Shown here one piece after another: positions 15,654 through 23,576 of a stretch of 46,026 nucleotides of DNA (positions within the stretch are counted from its first letter, which is position 1; each line of letters starts with the position of its first letter). Location of the stretch: assembly GCA_964617845.1 (NCBI GenBank), contig CAZUAR010000026.1, positions 106,821-152,846 on the forward strand. Direction: 5' to 3'. Below the pieces are notes generated by a model, which saw only the letters and a program-made list of their open reading frames with translations, made no database searches and was not told the origin of the DNA. The DNA is from an uncultured Kofleriaceae bacterium. GTDB taxonomy: Bacteria; Myxococcota_A; Polyangia; Haliangiales; Haliangiaceae. Both the position numbers and the translations under genes were made by a program.

Positions 15654-18571
15654 GATCCCTTTAGCGCGGTGGCGCAGCGATCACAAACGTCCGGGGGATC
15701 GACCGCGAGCTGATCGTAGTGCTTCCAGCACCGCTCGCACCGCGGCCCCGCGTGGTCGGTGACCTTCACGCCGTCGGCCGCGGCCCTCGCGAGCTGCACG
15801 CTCGACACGATGAACAGATCGGGCAGCTCGTCGAGCAAGCTCTGCAGCGCGTCGTACTGCCCCTCGTCGGAGACCTCGAGGATGACGCTCGCGTCGACGG
15901 ACTTCTTCTTCTGCGCGCGGAACGGCTCGACCGCCTTGGTCACGCGTTCGCGCCACGCGAGTGCGTGCTGCAGCGCCGTGATGCGGATCGCCGTGGTCGC
16001 GTCCACGGGCGGCTGCGCGTCGGAGAACGACGCGACGTGCACGCTCTCGGGATCCCCCGCGAGCTTGGGCATGTACTGCCAGATGTCCTCGGCGGTGAAC
16101 GACAGGATCGGCGCCATGATCGTCACGATCGCGCGCAGCGCCTCGTACATCACGACCTGCGCGGCGCGGCGGCGCGGCGAGTCCTCGGCGTCGCTGTAGA
16201 GGCGATCCTTGGTCACGTCGCCGTAGAGCGCCGACAGATCGACGGTGACGAGCTGCACGAGCTCGCGATGCACGACGTGCAGCTCGTACTTCTGGTACGC
16301 CTCGCGCGCGGTGCGAACGAACGAATCGATCTGCGCGAGCATGTACTGATCGACGACCTGCCCGTCCTTGGCGACGTGCTCGCGCGTGTAGCGGTTGGGA
16401 TCGAAGCCCTTGAGGTTCCCGAGGAGGAACCGCGCCGTGTTGCGCAGCTTGCGATACCACTCGGCGAGGCCGCCCTTGCCGTCGTTGCCGTACAGCGCGG
16501 TCTGCGAGTACGGGATGTCGGCGCGGAACTCCGTCGAGGCGACCCACAGGCGGAACAGCTCGGCGCCGCTCTTCTTGATGATGTCCTCGGGCGGCACGTA
16601 CTTGATCTCGATGCCCTCGGCCTTCGCCTTCGCGATGTCGCTCTTCGAGTACGGCTTGCCCGTCGCGCCATCGACGACGAAGCCGTGCGTGATCACCTGA
16701 CGGTACGGCGCGCGGCCCTTCACGCCGATCGCCGCGAGCAGCGACGAGTGGAACCAGCCGCGGTGCTGGTCGCTGCCCTCGAGGTAGACGTCGATGTTCT
16801 CGTGGTCCTTGCCCTCGTCGCCGCCGCGATGCTCCATCGCGAGCCACGACACGCCGGACTCGAACCAGACGTCGACGATGTCCTTCTCGCGCTCGAGCTT
16901 CTCGCCCGCGGCCCCGCACTTCGTGCACTTCGTGCCCGGCGGCAACAGCTCGGTGACCGTGCGCGTCCACCACGCGTCGGCACCTTCCTTGGCGAAGATG
17001 TCGGCGACGTAGTCCATCGTGTCGGCGTCCGCGTGCTCGGAGCCGCACGCGGTGCAGTAGAACGCGGGGATCGGCGTGCCCCACAGGCGCTGCCGCGACA
17101 GCACCCAGTCGGGGCGGTTCGCGATCATCGCGTAGATCCGATCGTGGCCCCACGGCGGCACCCACGTCGTCTGATCGATCTCGGCGAGCGCCTTCTGGCG
17201 GAAGCCGTCGTGGTCCATCTCGATGAACCACTGCGGCGTCGCGCGGAACACGATCGGCTGCTTGCAGCGCCAGCAGTGCTGGTAGCTGTGGCGGATCGCG
17301 TCCGTCGGCGGGTTCAACAGATACCCGTTGTCGTGCAGCCACGACACGATCACCGGGTTCGCCTCGTTCGTGCTCTTGCCCGCGAGGTCGATCACCTCGG
17401 GCCCGCCCTCGAGCATCACACCGCCGACGTAGCGCGCGCTGTCGTCGAGCGGCGCGTACGCAGGCAGATCGTGCGCCGTGCCCGTCTTGTAGTCATCCGC
17501 GCCGTGACCGGGCGCCGTGTGCACGAGCCCGGTACCGGCCTCGGCGGTCACGTAGTCCGCGAACCACAGGCGCCACACCTTGTCGGCCGGCACGCCGTCG
17601 GGCGCGCCGCGCACGAACGGGTGCTGGTAGCGCCCGCCCTCGAGCGACTTCATCTGCGCGGGCGTGATCTCGACCGCGCCGGAGCCAAGAAGATCGATCG
17701 ACCCGCCGATCGCCGTCACGAACGCCTCGGCGAGCTCCTTCGCGACGATCAATGACTCGCCCGGATCCTTCGGGTTCGGCACCGCGACGTACGTGAACTG
17801 CGGATGCGCGACGATCGCGAGGTTCGCGGGGAGCGTCCAGGGCGTCGTCGTCCAGATGACGTACGCGAGGCGGCGTCCCTCGAGCTCTTGCGGCAACGAG
17901 CCGCGATCGACGAGCGGCATGCGCACGTAGACGGACGGCGACGTCTTGTCCTTGTACTCGACCTCGGCCTCGGCGAGCGCCGTCTTGTCGACCGGGCACC
18001 ACGACACCGGCTTCTTGCCGCGATAGAGGAAGCCCTTGCGCGCGAACACGGCGAGCGCCTTCGCGATCGCGCCCTCGTACGACGGATCGAGCGTGAGGTA
18101 CGGACGCTCCCAGTCGCCGAGCACGCCGAGTCGCTTGAACTCGTTGCGCTGGATGTCGACGTACTTCATCGCGTACTCGCGACACGTCGCGCGCACCTGC
18201 GCGGGCGTCATCCCCGCGCGCGTGGCCTTGAGCTCGCGCTCGACGGCGAGCTCGATCGGCAGGCCGTGCGTGTCCCAGCCGGGAACGTACGGTGTGCGGA
18301 AGCCGGCCATCGAGCGCGACTTCACGACGATGTCCTTCAGGATCTTGTTGAGGATGTGGCCGTAGTGAATGTTGCCGTTCGAGTACGGCGGGCCATCGTG
18401 CAGGATGAACAGCGGCGCGCCCGCGCGTGACGCCTGGATCTGCTGGTAGAGACCGATGCGATCCCACTGGGCGAGGATCTCGGGCTCGCGCGTCGCGAGA
18501 TCTCCTCGCATGGGAAAAGGCGTATCCGGGAGGATGACGGTGTCCTTGTATTTGGACTGGCCCGACGACAT
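15650..18571 (-). CDS. ileS: Isoleucine--tRNA ligase
   Basis: Class I 'HYGH' ('NGNIHYGHILNK') and 'KMSKS'-region motifs. The 'TLNLPxTxFPMRGDL'-type N-terminus and a C-terminal Zn finger 'CERCWKHY...CDRC' are present. The 973-aa length fits IleS. Confidence 0.95.
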   Translation of the reverse strand: MSSGQSKYKDTVILPDTPFPMRGDLATREPEILAQWDRIGLYQQIQASRAGAPLFILHDGPPYSNGNIHYGHILNKILKDIVVKSRSMAGFRTPYVPGWDTHGLPIELAVERELKATRAGMTPAQVRATCREYAMKYVDIQRNEFKRLGVLGDWERPYLTLDPSYEGAIAKALAVFARKGFLYRGKKPVSWCPVDKTALAEAEVEYKDKTSPSVYVRMPLVDRGSLPQELEGRRLAYVIWTTTPWTLPANLAIVAHPQFTYVAVPNPKDPGESLIVAKELAEAFVTAIGGSIDLLGSGAVEITPAQMKSLEGGRYQHPFVRGAPDGVPADKVWRLWFADYVTAEAGTGLVHTAPGHGADDYKTGTAHDLPAYAPLDDSARYVGGVMLEGGPEVIDLAGKSTNEANPVIVSWLHDNGYLLNPPTDAIRHSYQHCWRCKQPIVFRATPQWFIEMDHDGFRQKALAEIDQTTWVPPWGHDRIYAMIANRPDWVLSRQRLWGTPIPAFYCTACGSEHADADTMDYVADIFAKEGADAWWTRTVTELLPPGTKCTKCGAAGEKLEREKDIVDVWFESGVSWLAMEHRGGDEGKDHENIDVYLEGSDQHRGWFHSSLLAAIGVKGRAPYRQVITHGFVVDGATGKPYSKSDIAKAKAEGIEIKYVPPEDIIKKSGAELFRLWVASTEFRADIPYSQTALYGNDGKGGLAEWYRKLRNTARFLLGNLKGFDPNRYTREHVAKDGQVVDQYMLAQIDSFVRTAREAYQKYELHVVHRELVQLVTVDLSALYGDVTKDRLYSDAEDSPRRRAAQVVMYEALRAIVTIMAPILSFTAEDIWQYMPKLAGDPESVHVASFSDAQPPVDATTAIRITALQHALAWRERVTKAVEPFRAQKKKSVDASVILEVSDEGQYDALQSLLDELPDLFIVSSVQLARAAADGVKVTDHAGPRCERCWKHYDQLAVDPPDVCDRCATALKGS

Positions 18572-18599
18572 GGGACGCGGACCATAGCATCATGACTGC

Positions 18600-19079
18600 A
18601 TGCCCGAAGAGGTCCGGCCGCGAGCATCGTGGGACGAATACTTCATGAGCATCGCGCAGGTGGTGGCGACGCGTTCGACGTGCCCGCGCAAGTACGTCGG
18701 CTCCGTCATCGTGCGCGACCGGACGATCCTGTCGACCGGCTACAACGGATCGATCCGCGGGATGCCGCACTGCTCTGACGTCGGCCACATGATGGAAGAC
18801 AATCACTGCGTCGCGACGATCCACGCCGAGGCCAACGCGATCATCCAGGCCGCGAAGAACGGCGTGAACATCAATGGCGGCGACTGCTACGTCACCGCGA
18901 GCCCGTGCTGGAACTGCTTCAAGCAGCTCGCGAACGCGGGGATCAAGCGGATCTGCTTCGGCGAGTTCTATCGCGACAACCGCATCTTCGAGGTCGCGAC
19001 GAAGATCGGCATCGAGCTCGTGCACGCGGGGCTCCCCGGCGTCACGTTGCCCGCGCTCGCCGCGACGCCTCCCGCATGA
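18600..19079 (+). CDS. dCMP deaminase (cytidine/deoxycytidylate deaminase family, ComEB-like)
   Basis: 'WDEYFM', 'RSTCPRKYVGSVIV', 'HAEANAI' and 'SPCWNCFKQL' form the zinc-binding deaminase signature. Confidence 0.85.
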   Translation: MPEEVRPRASWDEYFMSIAQVVATRSTCPRKYVGSVIVRDRTILSTGYNGSIRGMPHCSDVGHMMEDNHCVATIHAEANAIIQAAKNGVNINGGDCYVTASPCWNCFKQLANAGIKRICFGEFYRDNRIFEVATKIGIELVHAGLPGVTLPALAATPPA

Positions 19080-19129
19080 TGTTCAGTGTGGCGAGAAGGA
19101 TCGATCGCCTCGCGCGCGAGCACTGAACA
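19080..19129 (+). other. Extended hairpin (9-bp outer stem TGTTCAGTG/CACTGAACA with nested GGCGAG/CTCGCC stem) right after the dCMP deaminase stop, in a lower-GC intergenic stretch
   Basis: Read directly. It is followed by 'ctcgttacgttttacag'. It may be a terminator, attenuator or small structured RNA. Confidence 0.35.
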
Positions 19130-19247
19130 CTCGTTACGTTTTACAGTGCGCATGATGTGCGCTCCCGTTCGTTTCTTTCTGCAGAGTGCGATTCTTCGGC
19201 CGGTTTTGTTGATCGAGATCCCGGCGTCAGCCTAGCCTACCGGTCCC

Positions 19248-20039
19248 ATGCGACGGATGGCCCTGCTCATCGCCGCAGCACTGGTGTTCGCCTCGGCGAG
19301 CCCCGTGATGGCGGGCTCGAAAGCAAATGCGACCCAAGCTCGCAAAGCCAAAGCCAAGGCCAAGGGAACGAGCAAGCATACCCGGAAGTCCGCGAACGAC
19401 AAGGGCACGATGAAGCAGTGCTCGACGCGCAAGGGCAAGCGCAAGTGCAAGCGCGTCGCGGTGTTCCAGGGCCACGGAGCGTCCCAGTCGTCTCTCCGTA
19501 AAGAGGAGCTGCCCAAGCCCTCGGGCAACGTGTGGCTCTATGCCGAGAACCTCGCCGAAGAAGCGAAGGTGAACATCTACAAGCCGGACGGAACGTTCGA
19601 CGACGCGGCGCTCGCCAAGCTCGACGAGCTGTTCCGCTGCCGCCAGACCGGTGAGGTCCGCGCGGTTCGTCCCGAGCTCTACGAGCAGCTGTCGCGGATC
19701 TCGGATCACTTCGGCGGCGACAAGCGCGTCGAGCTCATCAGCGGCTTCCGCTTCGCGGAGCGGTCGTCGAGCCGCCACTTCCACGCATCGGCGATGGACA
19801 TCCGCATCAAGGGCGTCTCGATCCGCGAGATGTACAAGTACGCCGAGTCGCTCGACGGCGGCGACATGGGCATCGGGCTCTACCCGACGAGCAACTTCAT
19901 CCACGTCGACTACCGCGCGCCCGGCGAGCGGAGCTATCGCTGGACGGACTGGTCGGGACACAGCAAGGGCAAGAAGAGCAAGAAGTCGAAGAAGAAGCCG
20001 ACGAACCGCACGCAGCCCGCGCGCAAGCCGGTCTCGTAG
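19248..20039 (+). CDS. Secreted DUF882/YcbK-like peptidase M15A family protein with Lys-rich N-terminal region
   Basis: Signal peptide present. 'RHFHASAMDIRI' and 'GIGLYPTSNFIHVDYR' match the YcbK/DUF882 metallopeptidase fold. The leader region lies in a lower-GC intergenic stretch. Confidence 0.75.
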   Translation: MRRMALLIAAALVFASASPVMAGSKANATQARKAKAKAKGTSKHTRKSANDKGTMKQCSTRKGKRKCKRVAVFQGHGASQSSLRKEELPKPSGNVWLYAENLAEEAKVNIYKPDGTFDDAALAKLDELFRCRQTGEVRAVRPELYEQLSRISDHFGGDKRVELISGFRFAERSSSRHFHASAMDIRIKGVSIREMYKYAESLDGGDMGIGLYPTSNFIHVDYRAPGERSYRWTDWSGHSKGKKSKKSKKKPTNRTQPARKPVS

Positions 20040-20368
20040 TGTCCGACGACATCCCCGAGCTATCCGTGGCCGAGGTCGCGGCTCGCCTCGGCACGCCTGG
20101 CTTTCACGTGTTCGACAACAACGGACACGGTCGCTGGAAGCGCAGCCACGTGCCGGGCGCGAAGAACCTCAACGCGTACGCGATCGAGCGAAGCGACTTG
20201 CCCGAGGACACGAGCGCGACGCTCGTCTTCTACTGCTCCGGCCCTGGTTGACACAGCTGCCACGCGGGCGCCGGGCGCGCCCTCGAGCTGGGGTTCACGA
20301 ACGTGTTCGTCATGCCCGACGGCATCGCCGGCTGGGAGAGGGCGAAGCAACCCGTCGAGACGGGCTAG
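20039..20368 (+). CDS. Single-domain rhodanese-like sulfurtransferase interrupted by an in-frame TGA at 20249-20251 (selenocysteine candidate or pseudogene)
   Basis: GTG start overlaps the upstream stop ('TAGTG'). The frame reads '...LVFYCSGPG-TGA-HSCHAGAGRALELGFTNVFVMPDGIAGWERAKQP'. The 109-codon length equals a typical rhodanese, and the conserved C-terminal 'GF.NV....GI.GW' follows the TGA in frame. Confidence 0.5.
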
Positions 20369-22545
20369 TCACACGGAACGTCGACGATGCGCGGCTCGGA
20401 ACGATCGAGCGTCGTACCGTCGCCGAGCTGTCCGTAGTGATTGCGGCCCCAGCACACGAGGTCATCGTCGGTCGTGATCGCGCACGTGTACTCGCCGCCG
20501 CTCGCGATGGTGCGCGCCGAGACACCGGGGACGGGACCGGGCGCGCGCGCCGACGTGTAGCTCGGGTCGGCGAGCATGCCGAATGCGTTGTTGCCCCAGC
20601 ACGTGAGCTCCGTGCCCGTGCGCGAGCAGACGTGGCTGTCTCCGACGGCGATCTCGTCGGCGAACAGGCCGAGCGCGATCGGGCGGCGGTTGACGACGTC
20701 GGTGCTCGCGCCGACGAGCTGTCCGTTCTCCGCGTTGCCCCAGCACCAGACCTGGCGCGCCGGATCGATCGCGCAGGTCATGCGATTCGCGAGCGAGAGC
20801 GCGGTCGCAGACGCGAGGTCGACGACCGGCGTCGCGACGAGCGCGTCCGTCGTGGTGCCGCTGCCGAGGCGCCCATCGCCACCCGCGCCCCAGCACGCCA
20901 CCGCGCCGGTCGCGGCGTCGATCGCGCACGTGTGACTCTCGCCGGCGAGGATCGCGCGAACGGAGGACACGCCGACGACCGGCGTCGGAGCCGCGGTTCG
21001 CGCCGAGGCGTTGGAGCCGATCAGCCGACCAGCGCCCCAGCATCGCGCGACGCCTGCCCCGTCGCGCGAGCACGTCATCTCGCCACCGGCGGTGACCTGC
21101 GCGACGTCGGTGAGATCCGGCACCGCGGTGGGTACGAGCGCTTCCGGCGGATCGTCGAAGCCGAGGCGGGCCTCGTTGAGGCCCCAGCATCGAAGCGTCG
21201 CGTCGCCGGTGACCGCGCATGCGTGCTGGGTCCCCATCGACGCGCGCGCGATCCCCGTCGTGACCCGCGTCGGTACGAGCGGTGATGGTGTGTCGCCCGC
21301 GCCGTTCTGGCCGAACGTGCTCGAGCCCCAGCAGATCACGCCGCCGGCCACGACGCCGCAGGCGTGAAAACCGCCGAGCGCGATCTCGGTGACTCCGTCG
21401 ATCGACGAGTCGGTCGCGGTCGCCGTGTCCCGCGGCGAGTTACCGCCGTTGCCGAGCTCGCCACCCTCGTTCTGTCCCCAGCACGCGACGGTGCCGTTCG
21501 CGCGACGAGCGCACGACGAGTTCTGCCCGATCGTCACCTCGACGGCGTTCGCGAGGTTCATCACCGTGACCGGCACCGAGCTCGACATGGAGTCACCGTT
21601 GCCGAGGCGGGACACGTTGCGGCCCCAGCAGCGCGCGCTGCCGTTCGCGAGCACGGCGCACGCGTGGACCGATCCGACGTCGATGTCGACGACGTTCATC
21701 GCGGGCAGCGACACGGCGACGGGGACGTTGCTGTCGGCCTCGGGCTCGCCGTCGCCGAGCTCTCCATTCGCGTCGGAGCCCCAGCAGAACGCGCGATCGG
21801 CCTGATCGATCGCACACGTGATCTGATCGCCCGCGGCGATCCGCTTCGCGCGGAAGTTGTTCGCGACGCGCGCGGGCCGCATCGCGCCGTTGTTGTCGCC
21901 GGTGCCGAGCTGGCCCTGCCCGTTCGCACCCCAGCACCACACGTCGCCGTTCGTGTCGATCGCGCACGTGTGGTTCACCCCCGTCGAGATCTGGATCACC
22001 GCGCCGAGATCGACGACGGGCGTGGGCGCGACGCGATCGATCGAGGTGCCGTCGCCGAGCTGGCCGTTGCGGTTCTTGCCCCAGCACTTCGCGACACCGC
22101 CGTCGATCGCACACGTGGAGGCGGTACCGGCGGACATCCACGACGGTGCGGCGAGGACGATCGAGGCGGGCACGCTCTTGCTGATCGTCGTGCCATCGCC
22201 GAGCTGGCCGTAGGAGTTGTCGCCCCAGCACCACGCCGTGCTCGCGTTCCATGCACACGTGTGGCGATCGCCCGCGGTGATATCGCTGGCGCCGATCGTG
22301 ACGAGCGGCCCCGCGACGGTCGATGACAGGCGGCGCCCGATCCCGAGCTGTCCATGCGTGTCGTCGCCCCAACAATAGAGCGCGCCGTCTTCGCGGACGA
22401 CACAGGCCGTGAACTGGCCGAGCGCGAGCTGCGCGACGCATCCAGGGCCCGTGCCACCGTCACCGGGAGCAACACCCTCGAAGCCGATCCGCCCGCAGCT
22501 CGCGAGCAGCACGACCAGTGCCCACCGACCCAGCATCGATCCCAT
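20365..22545 (-). CDS. RCC1-repeat (seven-bladed beta-propeller-like) lipoprotein
   Basis: More than 10 repeats of 'CWG.N..GQLG.G' ('ALYCWGDDTHGQLGIG', 'AWCWGDNSYGQLGDGT', and others). Start at ATG 22545 gives 'MGSMLGRWALVVLLASC' (lipobox). The ORF portion upstream of that start is non-genic. Confidence 0.75.
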   Translation of the reverse strand: MGSMLGRWALVVLLASCGRIGFEGVAPGDGGTGPGCVAQLALGQFTACVVREDGALYCWGDDTHGQLGIGRRLSSTVAGPLVTIGASDITAGDRHTCAWNASTAWCWGDNSYGQLGDGTTISKSVPASIVLAAPSWMSAGTASTCAIDGGVAKCWGKNRNGQLGDGTSIDRVAPTPVVDLGAVIQISTGVNHTCAIDTNGDVWCWGANGQGQLGTGDNNGAMRPARVANNFRAKRIAAGDQITCAIDQADRAFCWGSDANGELGDGEPEADSNVPVAVSLPAMNVVDIDVGSVHACAVLANGSARCWGRNVSRLGNGDSMSSSVPVTVMNLANAVEVTIGQNSSCARRANGTVACWGQNEGGELGNGGNSPRDTATATDSSIDGVTEIALGGFHACGVVAGGVICWGSSTFGQNGAGDTPSPLVPTRVTTGIARASMGTQHACAVTGDATLRCWGLNEARLGFDDPPEALVPTAVPDLTDVAQVTAGGEMTCSRDGAGVARCWGAGRLIGSNASARTAAPTPVVGVSSVRAILAGESHTCAIDAATGAVACWGAGGDGRLGSGTTTDALVATPVVDLASATALSLANRMTCAIDPARQVWCWGNAENGQLVGASTDVVNRRPIALGLFADEIAVGDSHVCSRTGTELTCWGNNAFGMLADPSYTSARAPGPVPGVSARTIASGGEYTCAITTDDDLVCWGRNHYGQLGDGTTLDRSEPRIVDVPCD

Positions 22546-22588
22546 CGTAACACCGCAGGACCACTCGATCTCTACGGCGTAAATTGGT

Positions 22589-23566
22589 GTGACCAGCGCC
22601 CCATGGGCGTGGCAGTATCCGGCCGCTGTGAGCACCTGGTGGAACCAGATCGTCGCTGCTGTCCCGGCGAGCGCGCGTCCCGTGCTCGCGGCGCACGACG
22701 GTCTGGGCAAGAAGGTCGCGGCGGATCTCGCGGCGGTGCGGAAGAAGTGGCCGGAGGGAACGATCACCGACGCGCAGTTCGCCGACGCGCTCGCCCAGCG
22801 AATCGCATCGCAGAAGGATCTCGCGCCCGCGCTCGGCCGCCTGCGCGTCGAGGACCTCTATCTCGCGCTGTGGTGCGCGACCGGTGACGCGCGCGCGATC
22901 TCGGTGTTCGAGCAGGTGCATCGCTCGGACCTCGACGCGGTGCTCGCGCGATTCCGGCGGCTCGCGGTCACGGGAGACGAGCTACGGCAGACGCTGCGCA
23001 TCAAGTTGTTCGTGAAGACGGACACGCGGCCCGCGCAGATCGCGAGCTACTCGGGGTTCGGCTTCTTGCAGAACTGGCTGCGCGTCACGGCGCTGCGTGC
23101 GCTCGTCGACATCGCGCGCAGCGAGAAGGCGCGCAAGCTCGAGGAGCTGCTCGCCGACGACGATCTGATGGGGATGCCCGAGCTCGGGCCCGACATCGCG
23201 GCGAAGTATTCGCGCGAAGAGGTATCGCGCGCGATCAAGGCGGCGTTCGCGCGTGCGGTCGCCGGCCTCGCGCCGCGCCAGCGCAACTTCCTGCGGCACG
23301 CGCAGGTCGACAACCTGACGCTCGACCAGATCGCGAACCTCTACAACATCCACCGCGCGACGGTGGCGCGCACGCTCGCGGCGGCGCGGCAGGAGCTGAC
23401 GGAGATGACGCGCAAGGAGCTCGGCATCCAGCTCGGCATTCCCGACGACGCGCTCGACAGTGTCGTCCGGGCGGCGGACAGCCGCATCGATCTCTCTTTG
23501 TCGCGCGTGTTGAAGGCGCCCGAGCTGGCGGACGGTTCCGAGAGCGAGCTGGACTCGGGGCGATGA
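22589..23566 (+). CDS. ECF-type sigma-70 family factor with extended N-terminus (Ser/Thr-kinase-associated ECF class)
   Basis: Region-2-like segment 'VEDLYLALWCATGDARAISVFEQ'. Region-4 HTH 'LAPRQRNFLRHAQVDNLTLDQIANLYNIHRATVARTLAAARQEL'. GTG start lies directly after a stop codon. The next gene encodes an anti-sigma/kinase. Confidence 0.7.
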   Translation: MTSAPWAWQYPAAVSTWWNQIVAAVPASARPVLAAHDGLGKKVAADLAAVRKKWPEGTITDAQFADALAQRIASQKDLAPALGRLRVEDLYLALWCATGDARAISVFEQVHRSDLDAVLARFRRLAVTGDELRQTLRIKLFVKTDTRPAQIASYSGFGFLQNWLRVTALRALVDIARSEKARKLEELLADDDLMGMPELGPDIAAKYSREEVSRAIKAAFARAVAGLAPRQRNFLRHAQVDNLTLDQIANLYNIHRATVARTLAAARQELTEMTRKELGIQLGIPDDALDSVVRAADSRIDLSLSRVLKAPELADGSESELDSGR

Positions 23567-23576
23567 CCGTCAGCCC

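Noticed and set aside
15681-17755. Multiple long ORFs overlapping ileS on both strands
   Set aside because: ileS identity is unambiguous. The others are compositional artefacts.
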